NCBI RefSeq assembly: GCF_009914755.1
Contig: NC_060925.1
Length of the DNA: 64,000 nt
Reading direction: 5' to 3' (one strand)
DNA from: the human T2T-CHM13v2.0 reference genome, Homo sapiens
Shown here: one piece after another, positions 15,062-30,253 of the stretch
Layout of the letters: each line of letters starts with the position of its first letter
How positions within the stretch are numbered: the first letter of the stretch is position 1
Notes under the pieces: model-generated
The model's database searches: none
Seen by the model: the letters and a program-made list of their open reading frames with translations, nothing else
What the model was told of the DNA's origin: nothing
Position numbers and translations under genes: made by a program

Positions 15062-15406
15062 AATAGCCAGGTAAAGAATAGAAAAAGAAAGGAAAAGCAA
15101 AAACAGCAAGAAACAAAACGAAAAGGAATGAGAAAAAATAGCTCTATCACATTTCAAAGTGTATTGTAAAGTCTCAGTAATGAAAACAGCATAGTACTGG
15201 CCAACGGACAGACATCCCAAACAATGGAATAAACTAGAAAATGCAGAAATAGACCCAATTATAATCAGAGATTCTGTAAATTATGAAGGTGATATCTCTA
15301 ACCACTAGAGGAATGGTATTACTAAACGATATCAGAACAACTGGAAAAGAGTTAAGTTCAATCCATGCCTCACATTTTTCCCCAGAGTCAAATCCAAATG
15401 GATTAA

Positions 15407-15736
<330 letters not shown>

Positions 15737-15751
15737 TGAAAAATGAAAACT

Positions 15752-15980
15752 CCAGCCTGGGCAACATGTATCTCTACAAGAAGTACAAAAATTAACCAGG
15801 CATGGTGACACGTGCCTGTAATTTCAGCTACCCAGGAGGCTGAGGCAGGAGGATCACCTGAGCCCTAGGAAGTCAAGGCTGCAGTAAGCCAAGACTGTGC
15901 TACTGCCCTCCAGCCTGGGTGACAGAGCAAGATCTTGTCTCAAAAAATAGAAAAAGGAAAAGGAAAAGAAAAGAAAAGAA
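15752..15980 (+). mobile_element. AluJ, 5'-truncated
   Basis: ccagcctgggcaacat...ggaggatcacctgagccctaggaagtcaaggctgcag; A/G-rich tail. Confidence 0.9.
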
Positions 15981-18900
15981 GCCATAGAAGAACTAGAAGA
16001 AAATATCGGCAAATTCCTTTAGAACTTTGGAGAATAGAAGGCCTTTCTTTTATCCAGAATTCATACAAAAAAAAGATTACTATATTATACCACCTAATTT
16101 TTAAAAAACTTAGACATCCACAAAACATAAGCAAAATTAAAAGACAAACAATAATGTGGAGTGACTCATATCCCAGAGAGCCAATCTTTCCTTAACACAC
16201 AAATAGCTACTAGGCATGGTTAAGGAAAAAGACCAAAGTGAACAAGACAGTTTTTCTTTAGATGGGCAAAGGAGATGAAGAGGAAGCTCATAGAAAAGGA
16301 GATGCAAATGGGTCTTGAAAGAATGGAATTAAAGTGAGTGCTCCATCTCACTTTAATAAGAGAATCACAAATTGAAACTACAATGAAATGCCTGCATGGC
16401 AAGGCTATGGAGAAAGAGAGACTCTCATTCTTTACTAGTGGCAGTGCATAGTGTACACTCTGTTGAAGACGTCTGAAAACCCTTACCAAAATTATAAATA
16501 TGTTTACCCTTTATCTCAATAATGCCACTTGCCTTAATTTATTCTACCAGTATACCTACATGTATAGGAAGCATCCTGGGTAGCATGGTTCGTAGTAGCA
16601 AAAGATTGGAAGCAAATCAAATGTCTGTAATAGAAACCAGTTAGATAAATTTACGATGTGTCCATAACTAGGAAACTATTAAGCTGTAAAAAATGAATGA
16701 GGACGTTCTTTATGTACTGATTTGAAAGATGTCCAAGATATATACACAGGTAAGTGAAAAGAGCAAAGTCCAAACCAGTTTGCACAGAATGCTAACTTCT
16801 GTCAGCCTTGCCACATGGGTATTTTATTATAGTTTTAATTTGCATGTCTCTGAACCTAAGTGAGATTGAGTATTTTTTCATTCTCTCAAAGGCCGCTGCA
16901 GTTCCTTTCTGTGAAAGGGGGAAAGAAAAAGAAAAAATATATATGTACAAAGTTATACACACACATTTGTTTGTATATCATAAAGACACCCAAGAAATTA
17001 ATATAAGTGGTTACTTGGGTTGGGGTTAATGGGAGCAAGGGTAGAAGTCATGGTTTTTATAGTTTTGATTTGTGAACCAAGAAAATGAATTATCTGTTCA
17101 AAAAGTAAACGTGAACGAAACAAGTCTTTCCCTACCAGTTCCTCAGGCTCTTGCTAAACCTATCATTTTCACATTTGCCAAATATTTCTCCCAGATCCAA
17201 ATGTGACCCCGGAGGGATGGGGCAGGGTCAAGAATGAAGGGGCAGCCAGGGATGGCCCATGAGACCCACAGGGATCTCTCACGTGGATGGATGTCCTGCA
17301 TGTTTTTAAAAGATGAGGTCAACAGGTGGGCAGCTGTTTTTCAAGAGGGGCCACTACCTGCTTTGGAACCAAACTGGCCACTGAGTCAGGACCTCTAGGC
17401 AAACCAAATTCATTAATAAGACAGTAGGCTCATGAGACCAGAGGGGAAAGAGAAGCCTTCCAAGCCCAGAACATTCCCCCTCCAGCCCTCAGTGCTACAG
17501 ATGGGTCCAGCCTGATCTGACCTCCCTGTCGTATTTTGAGCTTTTCCCAGGATTCCAAATGGACAACTGCTCTATTGTTTCATTCCTTTATCTGCATTGG
17601 GAGGGCAGCCCTCCCCCTCGGGCTTTAAACGTTTTTCCAGCCTCAGGGGTCTCTGGCCACAGCTTTGCTTTACCTTCCTCTGCGGAAAAGCAAAAGCTGG
17701 CCAAGGCGCTACAAGATGAGACAGGCACATCTGCCACACATGGAAAGAAGAAAGCAAACTGGAGTTTCCAAAGCCGCCGGTCCCCGCAGGCCTGAGCGCT
17801 TGCAGCTTCTGCCTTTGATTCCTCTGATTTTATGAGCTCAGAGCACAACATGTTGGAAGTGAGCAGAGCAGCTGCCCAGGAAAGAATGCACCGGTTCCAC
17901 GGTTGAGGACTCCAAGGGAAAGCACTGAGCGGCGTGGGGCACAGGCAGGGAGAGAGACGCCAATCCTCCACAAAACATCCGGTTCCCACCAGCCTGGGCT
18001 CTAGCCAAGTGAACTAGCTGAGTCGGTCTGGGGAGGTTCCAGTTCCTGGCCTTTTGTCATCGACTGGGGACAATGCATTTGCTATGATTGATGGAGGCCA
18101 CAGATTTCATCCCCAGCCCCAGCCTGGGCTGCAGGATCCAAGTGAGCACTGGCCTACTGGGGGCTCAAGGCCACAACACTGACCACCAGGGAGGGCTCTG
18201 GGAGACAAGAGGCTGGAGGCTGGACTCTACTCCCCTGGGCATCATGCAGAGCCCTTGCCCTCTGTGCCCTGTCCCCTTCCAACCCCTCTGCCCAAGAGAA
18301 AGCTCAGAGTCCTTCCACATCCAGAAACACAGGACTGGTTTCTACAAGTCCATTTTTTTCCCCCATAATTAAGGACTGCAGAAGGAAAGATGATTCGGAT
18401 CTGGCTCGCAAGCTCAATGACTGAGAAAAGGACGCCAGGTTCCCTGGTACTAGTGACTCATACGCTTTTCAGGAGCGTCAAGACACTGTGATACATTTCT
18501 CCTGCTCTCCACAAAACTGCTCAAGGGATGAGGGACTCCCATCAGCCAAGGCAAATATACCATTGCTGTCTAAAGTAGCCAGATCACACACACAGAGAGG
18601 TCCTGGAAATGCCATTGAGAATAGGACCTTCCTTCACCCAGCCCATTTGGCAGTCCATGGCAGGGAAGCAGCAGAATTGCAGCCTCCGCAGGACTTTTAG
18701 GAGCCTGATCCACAGACTAGAGAAATGTACCTCTCCAGGAAAAAAACAGTATAGTCCTCTCATCTCCTGAGACTCCCATCCCAGCCACCTGGCTGGGAAT
18801 AAACAACTCCTGTGACAAGCAACTCATTGCCTCTCTGAGACCTGGGTGTGCCACTGAGATCCATGACATCCTTCTCCAGGCAGAGCTGACGTGTGTCTCT

Positions 18901-19131
18901 CTGTAAGTCCCTCCCACTCACTTCATACCTTGGACCCCTAGATGGATCCCTGTGGCAAGAAAAGACCCACTGGTGACTTGCAGAAGTGGGATGTGCTGTG
19001 AGCCTCCCCTGCCAAATGCTGCACTTGCTTGCATGAGTTGGAAGTCCCCATCAATCTCTTCATCCACGCCCATTCTTCCACTCCAGTGTTCCTATTTCTT
19101 TCTGAAAGTGTGAGCTCCAGAAAACAGTGCA

Positions 19132-19419
19132 GGCTGGGCAAGGGGCTCACACCTGTAATCCCAGCACTTTAGGAGGCCAAAGCAGCAGGATCAGTTGAGG
19201 CCAGGAGTTCAAGACCAGCCTGGGCAACACGATGGGACCCCATCTCTAAATAAATGATTAGCTGGGCATAGCGGCACATTCCTGTAATCCAAGCTACTTA
19301 GGAGGCTGAGTCAGGAGGATCACCCCCTCAGGAGTTTGGGGCTGTAGTAAACCATGATCATGCCACTGCTCTCCAGCCTGGGCAACAAAGCAAGATCCTA
19401 TCTCTATAAAAATAAATAA
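19132..19419 (+). mobile_element. AluJ
   Basis: Dimer with gaggccaggagttcaag and ggggctgtagt. Confidence 0.92.
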
Positions 19420-19836
<417 letters not shown>

Positions 19837-20362
19837 TCAGTCACCAAACAATTCAGTGCCTGCTCCATGCCAGGCTCACTATACCCTCCTAACAGTCTTT
19901 CTAGCATGGTGGGACTCTGCTGTTTCTGATGGACAAAATATATCAGCCCCATCTTCTCTGGTTTGAAACCCTGGAACTCATGGCCCCTCATAAGTGACTG
20001 TGAGACCAGGCTCTGTGTGTCAAGCTGAACTCTCATAGCTGATGGAATGAGCACAGGAGTGAAGCCCCAGGAGGAGGAGGAGGTGAGTAGCTGCAGGCCA
20101 GGGCTCAGGCAGCCCGTGGGCTAATGTGTGCCCTCCTGCTGATCTGCTGCATGGCTTTACCAGGCTTAGAAAAAAGCATCCAAGGTTCCTTCAGTGATCC
20201 AGATAGTAGAAACACCAGGTCTCAAATGCCTCAGTGCAGCTGCATGTCGCCAGAAGCAGTACTGGGAGGCTCGGTGGATAGGACTCAACATTAGCTGGAA
20301 ACACAGGCAAGTCAGACTGAGAATCCAGACTGAGTCAGAAGTCCCTGTGTCCTTGCCATGGG

Positions 20363-21208
20363 TGTATCAGTTATCAGTGGCTGTGTAACAAATTAGCCCA
20401 AAACTTAGCACTCAAAATGTGAGCATTTCTTATGTCATAGTCTTTGTGGGTCAGGAATCTGGGAGTGACTTCACTGGATGGTTCTGGCACAGGCTATAGT
20501 TCGGATGTCAGCCAAGGCTACTGTCACCTGAAGGCATGACTGGGGTTGGAAGATCTGCTTCTGAGATGTCCCCATGGTCACACAGCCTACAAGTCAATGC
20601 TGACTGTTGGGGACCATTAGCCCTCGCTGCATGGGCCTGTTTGTATGGTTTCTTCAATGTCCTCATGAGGTGGCGCTAGCATCCCCCAGAGTAAGTGTTC
20701 CAAGAGAACAAGGAGGGAAGCACCGTTTCTTCTTATTATTATTATTTTTTTCTTTTTTTGAGATGGAGTTTCGCTCTTTTGCCCAGGCTGGAGTGAAGTG
20801 GCATGATCTTGCCTCACTGCAACCTCTGTCATCCAGGTTCAAGCAATTCTCCTGCCTCACCCTCCCGAGTAGCCGGACTTATAGGCACTCACCACCACGC
20901 CTGGCTAATTTTCATAGTTTTAGTAGAGACAGGGTTTCACCATGTTGGCCAGGCTGGTCTCAAACTGCTAACCTCAAGTGTTCCACACGCCTCGGCCTCC
21001 CAAAGTGCTGGAATAAGGTGTGAGTCACCTCACCCAGCCAGAAGCACCACTTCTTCTATAACCCAGCCTCAGAGGTCATAGTCGGTCATCTCTAGAATAT
21101 CCTATTGGTCACACAGTCAGCCCTATTCAGCGTGGGAAGAGACTACACAAGAGCATGGGTGTCAGCAGGCAAGACTATCTGAGTTCATCTCAGAGGTTGC
21201 CTGCCACA
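20363..21208 (-). mobile_element. MLT1 (MaLR, MLT1F/G/H-like) solo LTR interrupted by an Alu
   Basis: tgtatcagttatc...gctgtgtaacaaatta...gtgggtcaggaatctgggag...ctattggtcacacag...ctgccaca; near TSD atggg/atggc. Confidence 0.85.
20734..21039 (-). mobile_element. AluS
   Basis: TSD gaagcacc(gt/ac)ttcttct at 20717-20733 and 21041-21057. Confidence 0.95.
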
Positions 21209-21607
21209 ATGGCGAGTTCTATCAGGAGGACGTCCCTGAGCTACAGCTGACGTTTGTGTCACCAAAAACCATGGGGCGTCTACACATCTGCACTTCCATA
21301 TCTCTATGGGTTTGTTTTTTTAACTGCACCATTATCACGTGTGTGTCAAGGGACACATCGGCCTGTTCAGCAGAGGGGCGGAGACTTCTGACTCATTCAG
21401 GAATAATGGGGCCAATGCTCGATTCTGCAATAGAGCAAGTAACACCACAAAGAGGGGATAAAAGGCACATCCAGCCCGTCCTCACCTGCATCCTCAGCGG
21501 AGGGCCTGTTGAGGTGCTTGTGCTTAATACAGAGATGGTGGCCAATTGTCAGAGGGGAAGGACAATTTAGGGTGCAATGCTGGTTACTTTTACACATATT
21601 GTCTTCA

Positions 21608-22160
<553 letters not shown>

Positions 22161-22695
22161 TCAGTGTGGCGGTGGCTAATCTCGAGGTCACATCAAAGTC
22201 AGCCTACACCAGCAAGACAGGAGCCCAAAGGCAGAGTAGAGAGTCAGGCAGCATGGCAGTGAGTTCCTGAGTCACGGCCACCATGGAAAACCATATGCCA
22301 CCAGGGAGAATCTCTGCATGTTCCCAGGACCCATTCCTGCCAGGGAGAGAGAGGGCTTGGCTCCCAGAAGTTATGTAGGTAGAACTTCGAGCCAGAGCCT
22401 GCTATTTTTGGGATCCACTGCCCTCGGCTGAACATAAACAACTGGAAGAGCCGAGGAAGCACCAGGCATCATGGCCCTGTGTGCAAGTCAGACCTGGAAG
22501 CGGCAGCAGAAAGTCAATAGGAGCCACTTCACTTTCCCCATCTGCAATAGCAGAAAAGGTTAAAACCAGCCAGGTTTCCATGCAAGAGATGCCAGTGTCC
22601 CCACAACCAGCAAGGTGGGCTATGTAGATTTTGCTAAACAGCTCAAAGAGTTACACAAAATTCTCCACACTAGTCAAGTTAAAATTTTAATTTTA

Positions 22696-22863
<168 letters not shown>

Positions 22864-23425
22864 TTAAAATAGCATATCACGATGGAAAAAGCCTTGAACT
22901 TGGAGTGTAAGGGGCCTGGGTTGAAGTTCCATTCTAGCTGTGTGAATCGGTCACATTTCTGGACTTCAAATGTCTTGACTGTATAAACAAGATAATAATA
23001 ACTAGCTTATGTGGGAATATACCTGTCAGTCATCTGCAATCCAAAAAGTTTTTAATAATCATTAGCTATTTTGATTGCACTGGGCTTTTAGGAGCATGGG
23101 AGGCCCACAACCCACACATGATGGGGCTGCAATGCCCCACGATTGGGATCTCTGGTCTAATATGAAGGGACTCAGAGGTCACCTAGCTTTGGTGAAGGGG
23201 CTCATGAGCTAAGGGCAGCACAAAAATTGCCCAAGTACGACCTAGCCTCAGTGCCCCTTCACAGATGGGGAATCTGGGGCCAGGTTGTTCAAACTTTTCC
23301 AGCCTGCATCTCTTTATCACTGCATTCCTGGTTCGGGCTCCAGAAGGCAGCTTAGTGAGTTGAAGAACTGGACTTCTTAACTGCCAGAAGTGCTGGTATT
23401 TTCCCCATTCAAGAAGACACTATCT

Positions 23426-23649
23426 GGTCAGAGGCAGTGGCTCATGCCTGTAATCCCAATACTTTGGGAGGCCGAGGCAGGCAGATCACCTGAGGTCAAG
23501 AGTTTGAGCCCGGCCTGGTCAACATGGTGAAACCTCGTCTCTACTAAAAATACAAAAATTAGCCAGGCATGGTGGTGAGCACCTGTAATCCCAGCTACTT
23601 GGGAGGCTGAAGCAGGAGAACCACTTGAACCCAGGAGGCAGAGTTTGCA
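23426..23649 (+). mobile_element. AluS with 3' end replaced by purine microsatellite
   Basis: Alu text stops at gagtttgca; TSD aagaagacac(t/c)atct at 23411-23425 and 23854-23868. Confidence 0.92.
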
Positions 23650-23860
23650 AAAGAAGAAGAAGAGGAAGAGGAAGAAGAAGAGGAAGAAGACACTGAGTCT
23701 CTGCTAAATGCAATGAGGAAAGGAAAGGAAAGGAAAGGAGGAAAGGAAAGGAAGAAAGAGAGAGAAAGAGACAGAAGGAAGGCAGACAAGGAAGGAAGGA
23801 AGGAAAGGAAGGAAGGAAAGAAAGAAAAGAAAGAAAGAAAAGAAAAGGATAAAAAGAAGA
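23650..23860. repeat. GA-rich polypurine low-complexity tract ((GAA)n, (GGAAA)n, (GGAA)n, (GAAA)n)
   Basis: Directly visible in the sequence. Confidence 0.95.
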
Positions 23861-24179
23861 CACCATCTTCCCACTTCTGGCACTTTGTGGAAATTCTTAA
23901 AACTAAGTTCCACCACTGATTCATCCAGCACCCACCTCAGACTTGCCTTCCAGCTGGTATTCACATCTCCATGGTCCACCCAGGCTGCCTCTGCACAGGC
24001 TACCCAGGGCTGATCCCAGCGGCTCCTACCTGCGTGGCCCCTCTTGGCCTCTGCAGCATCTAACAACTTTCCTCCCCTGAGTCATGCCCACAGACACCTG
24101 TTCCTGCTTCCTCCAGGCACTGCTCTCTTCCAGCCTTCTCTTTGCCTTCTTCGCGATCTCCTCTTCCTTTGTCAGTTTC

Positions 24180-24560
24180 AGCCCCTGCCAGTGTTCCCTG
24201 TATCTGTCCTCAATTTTCTATGCTTCCCCCTCACTCTACTCACTCTCAAAGACAGAGAAACCCTGCTTATCTCTGCAGATGATGGCCAAGTCTCCATCCC
24301 AACCCTGACCCAGTTCCCGAGGGCCAGACCCTGGCTCCTGGCTACAGTATCCCGTGCAACATGCCTAAAACCAATGAATCCATCCTCCTCCCTCCAAACC
24401 AGCTCCTCTGGTGGCTTTCTAGTGCCAGCGACGACACTATCTTCTGTGAGTCACCTCACTCCACACCTCAAAGTCACCCTAGACTCCTCCTGCTCCCTCA
24501 GCCCCACATCCAATTAGCCGCGAGGTCCTGCAGGGTTCCCTTCATAATGGCTCTCATATA
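24180..24560 (+). mobile_element. L2 fragment (ORF2 3' region)
   Basis: ctctgcagatgatggccaagtctccatccc...caaagtcaccctagactcctcctgctccctcagccccacatccaat. Confidence 0.65.
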
Positions 24561-24861
24561 TATTTATTTCTTTTCATTCCTGCTGTCAGCAAAGATCCTC
24601 CAAAAATACTACTTTCTCATTGTCTTTCTCGCTTGTGAACCGCGCAGAAGTGCTCTGGGTGGTGGGATGTCATTCAAGATGCCTTTTAAACTCACGGGCC
24701 TGGCATTCCTATGCCTCTGCCATCCACCCCAACCCTCCGTTCCACACGCACCTCCCACTGCTCCTCCCTCAACCCCTCACCCTAGCCTGACCATCTGTTC
24801 AAAAGTGCCTTTGAATGTGTTTGGCAAATTACTGCTTATGCTGGTCCTTTCCCTAGAGAGC

Positions 24862-25062
24862 TAATAATAGCAGCCCTTAGCAGCCCTTCCAGGTTTTACA
24901 CACACCAAATTAGTCCTCACAACAACCCTAGGAAGCGCATACTATGATTACCCAGCTCTGTAGATGAGGAAACTGAGGCACAGAGAGGTTAAGTATGTTG
25001 TCTAAGGCCACACAGCCAGGGAGTGACGAAGTCAACATTTCACCCTAAGTTATCTGACTCCA
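24862..25062 (-). mobile_element. MIR
   Basis: MIR core gtagatgaggaaactgaggcacagagaggttaagt. Confidence 0.88.
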
Positions 25063-26627
25063 GGGTGACTGGACCAAGAGGCCCAAAAATCCAGCTTGTT
25101 TGTGCAGAAGGGTACTTCTTACAGCTCAATATTTTAGCATGACCAAAATTGGCGCTGTGTTATGGAAATTTTGTAGTGTAATTCCTGGAGGAAAGAAACT
25201 TTTCCCATTGACCTTCAGGCCTAGGAGAGAATGATGACACATTAAGTCATCCTGCCATTAAAATTAAGTCCAATCACCCCTAATGGAATGTCACCTCCAA
25301 AATAGCCATTAAAGCCACCGGCCTAACAAACTGGCAGGTCCCGCGTATATCACCATTACCTTGTTCCTCTAACAACCATTCTGTCCGAGGCTGGGAAGGT
25401 CCCAGGAGACACTAAGTGTTGCTCAGATCTGCCCTGTGGATGTCACCCAGAGGAGAGAAGCCTGCTACTTTGGCGATGTTTGTATTGCAGTGTGGTTTGG
25501 AGACTTGGATGACAGGTGAGGTCCATGTACGTAGGTGCTGCACGCTTTGACTTCCACATGGCCAGGGCTGAGTTCTCACTGTCCTCAAGGTGAACCCAGG
25601 CTCTGTGATGGAATGGACTATGCCTGGTTGCTGAGCAGGGTATTAGACTCCAGCCTTCTGAGCTGCATGATAGTGTTGCCATTCTCCAAAGGCAGTAGCC
25701 CCCTCCCCAAGCTGTGGTCATCCAGCAAAGCATCCCGGGGGGTCCAGCTCCCTCCTAAGTCTCCCGGCCCTCAGTGAGTGTTCACTCTGCTTCCACTCAA
25801 TTCTGCTAACATTTTTGGCACCAGGAGCCTTCACATGCACTCTGTCATTTGCAACTCACATAATAAAAGAAGACTGTTATTTTTATCTCCACCTTACAGA
25901 TGAGACAAGCAAGGTTTAGGGAGCTAAGGAATCAAGTAGAAATGCGTGGGATGCAGGCACAGGGCTGGGCTGCAGCCCTTCCCCACCACATCATGCTTTT
26001 TCTTGAGTACCTTCCCAGGCATTGCTTCTTTCATGTCTGTACTTCACCCTGGAAAGCAGAATTATTCCCAATTAATAGACGGGAACACTGAGACTCCACC
26101 AGGCTAAAGGAAATTGCCCTAAGTGCTCATCTAGCAAATGGCAGAGCTGGATGCGGGCCTGGCCTTGCCCCTGAGTGCCGTGCCCTCTGCCTGCCTCAGC
26201 CGGGGCCCCATGCTCACCCACTGGAGCTGGAAACCCCAGCTGCCCCAGCATCAGCCTCCTCTGCTGTGGCCCGAAGGACCCATCCTGCTTCTCCCCAGCC
26301 CTGCTGACCTTTCCAAGCCATGGCCTCCACTTCTTCCTGGGCCCAGGGGCCTGTGCATCCCCCCGTGGGCACCATGCCTCCCACTGCCCGCCAGTGCCCA
26401 CGTGCTGTCCTCCCCCCACACGAGACCAGCCAAGACAAAAGGTAACCTTGATGTCAAGCAAAAATCTCTATAATAGCAGTTCACATTCACAGGGTGCTTA
26501 GTGGTGCCAAGCACTGTTTCCGGCATTCTGTGGGGATTGAATCCTCAAATCCTCACAGTAATCCTATGGGAAAGGTGCCGTCATCACCCCATTTGCAACC
26601 AGGAAAACCACAGCAAAAGGCCAAGTC

Positions 26628-26952
26628 ACAAAGACTGGGAAGGGTTGGGGGAAGGGGAGGCTAGGGAGAGATTGTTAAAGAATACAAAACCACAGCTAGA
26701 GAGGAGGAGTAAGTTCCAGTGTTCTATCCCACTGCAGGATGACTGTAGGCCACAGTAATATGTTCTATAGTCTCCAGTAGCTAAAACGATGAATCAAATA
26801 TTCCCAATACAAAGAAATGGTAACTGTTTGAGATGACAGATATGCTTATTACCCTAATCTGATCACTGTGCATTATATGAGTCAAAACATCACTCTGTAC
26901 TCCATGAATATGTACAATGATTATAGGTCACTTAAATAATAAAATTTTAAAA
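26628..26952 (+). mobile_element. L1MA 3' UTR fragment inserted in a MIR
   Basis: acagctagagaggaggagtaagttccagtgttctat...caaagaaatggtaactgtttgagatg...ttaccctaatctgatcact. Confidence 0.85.
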
Positions 26953-27342
26953 TGTAACTTGCCACAGTAAGTCACGACTGAAGCCCGGATTCAAACCCAG
27001 ACAGTCTGGCCTGAGAGCTCGGTCTTAGGCACCACCTCTTGTGTGAAATATTATCGTGGTGCAGAGGGAAGAACAGGCTTTGGGGTCAGAATTCTAGTGT
27101 TGCTCCTTATTCTGTGACACTGAGAAGACCGAACCTCTCAGAAGATCGGTTCCCTCACATGTAAAATCTGGGCTAATTATGGATCTATTTGGTAGGACCC
27201 ATGAGAATTAAACAGAAGAGTGGGTAGAAGTGTCTAAAACCGTCTGACATGCAGCAGGTACTGGGCATTCTTAATTTCCTCATTTGCTCTAATTAAGAAA
27301 GTCTTCAAAGAGAAGTTCCTGATGCTATGGTGGTCACTTTAG

Positions 27343-27714
<372 letters not shown>

Positions 27715-28419
27715 TAACAGAGCCCATGGAATTGCTCTAGAAGGAACACTTCTAATCTTTTTTCTTTTTAAACATTTTTTTCGAACATGCAGAAGAGAAG
27801 AAAAATCTTGTTCTTCAAGATTGTGGCTGAATTTAACTATATTTACTAATAACTAAATACATATAACTATATATATGTAATAAGTAATAACAATATATAT
27901 AAAATAAGCTATAATGGTTTTTATATGATATATAAACTACCAAATAAGCCTATTTGGTCAATAGTGTGGTATTTCCACCTTGTCAGTAAGCCAATATCAA
28001 ACAACATATATTTGCATCAGGAGAGAAACTCTCCTGTTCTCTGAGACGGGATTTGTTGTCCTTGGTCCCCAGCACCCAGGTGACCGTGCAATGCCGTGAA
28101 GGGGCCCCAGGTGTTTCTGCCCATCTGGGCCTAAACTGCTGAATGCAGCAACCCCATCTACCCTGAACCCTCCAGGCTGGCCCAGCCCCTTCCGTGGCTG
28201 ACACAAATGAGGGTTTTACGGTTACTTAATGGAGGGTGGATGTTACACAGCATGGCATAAGGTCAGGGTGCTGAACTTCTGCCCAGAGAGTCTATAGCCT
28301 TCATTCTAATTCTTCTTCCTCCCCTTGGACAAGTCGTTTAACCTCCCTGAGGCCTATTTTTTTATAAAAATCATTTGTGAGGTGTGAATTACATTATATG
28401 TGTTTCTGAAAGCACAGGG

Positions 28420-29085
<666 letters not shown>

Positions 29086-29939
29086 TAAAGCTGAATTCCA
29101 TAATCCAAGCCACATTTTCTCATTTACTCACAATATGGCACACAGATTATGCCTCTAGAAATAAACAAGGTCAGAGGTTGTGAGATGAGAGGTGGGTCAG
29201 AAAGCAGGGCAGGGTCAGGAGCTTCCACCGCCCTGACACCTCAGGCCCCGGCTCCAGCAACCCCACAGAATGACACAGCAACCACAGAAGGGGATGGCAG
29301 CCTCCTGCCCCTTGCCAAGCTGTAAAAAGTAATGGCAAGAAACCATGTCCTAATTTCCCTCCTCAGATCATGCCAGCTTGTGGAATTTAACCACGAGAAT
29401 ATTGATAAGTCCCGGAAAAAGGTTGGAGGACAAAGTCGATGTCTGTCATCAGCCAGGTTCCGCATGCCTGAATTGCAGAGTCATGGTGGATCTTAAGGGT
29501 CATCTAGTCTACCCTCTGCTCTGTGTACAAACCTCTCCGAGCCAGCGGTCACTCCCAGTCATGGGGTGTTTCAAAATCTCCAGACTTGAAGTTGTAAGTG
29601 GAGTGGCAAAGACAAAATTCACTCCATGATCCCTCCAATGCAGGGACGTTTTCGAGACTCAGTGGAGCACTTCGGATACACCACGCATTGCCTTGGGAAC
29701 CACAAAGAACACAGAGATGAGACGTCATGCCTGCCTCCAAGGCTCAAGCTTCAGATGTGGCAGAAAGGCCGTTTCCACAGTGGGCATAATTGAGGGCACC
29801 TAGAGTCAGGGCCGCAAGCTGGACATACGTGGTGGATGGAGACAGAAGCCATGTGGGGACATTCGGCAGAGCAATGGACCCCCTTCCTTCAGAAATTCAA
29901 CCAAATCCGATGGTAGACTTGATTCCAAAAATTAATTTT

Positions 29940-30253
29940 CAGAAGGGAAATTTCAATATGGACTGGGTATTGAATGATAGATAGCAAGGAAGTGTTGGCA
30001 ATTTTTAGGCCAGACGACCATAACATCATTACGTATAAAAATGCCCCTCTATTTTAGAGATGCAAAATCTAGTACATAGATATAAAGTGGCGTGAAACAT
30101 TAAAGCAACTCAGAAAGAAATAAGTAGAGGCAGGGATCCATGAAGCAACTGTGGTAAGATCTTGATAGCCATGGATTCTGGGCGACATATGGTTCAGGTG
30201 CATCGTGCACTCTCTCTCCTTTGGGAATGTTTGAAATGTTCATAATTTAGAAA
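29940..30253 (+). mobile_element. L1MC-like 3' UTR fragment
   Basis: atatggactgggtatt..., ttttagagatgca..., atgtttgaaatgttcataat. Confidence 0.7.

Noticed and set aside
23519-24066. F/S/L-rich and K/E/R-rich ORFs
   Set aside because: They are translations of the GA-rich microsatellite.
26637-26667. G-quadruplex motif
   Set aside because: It is the ordinary G-rich tract of an L1 3' UTR and is explained by the repeat.
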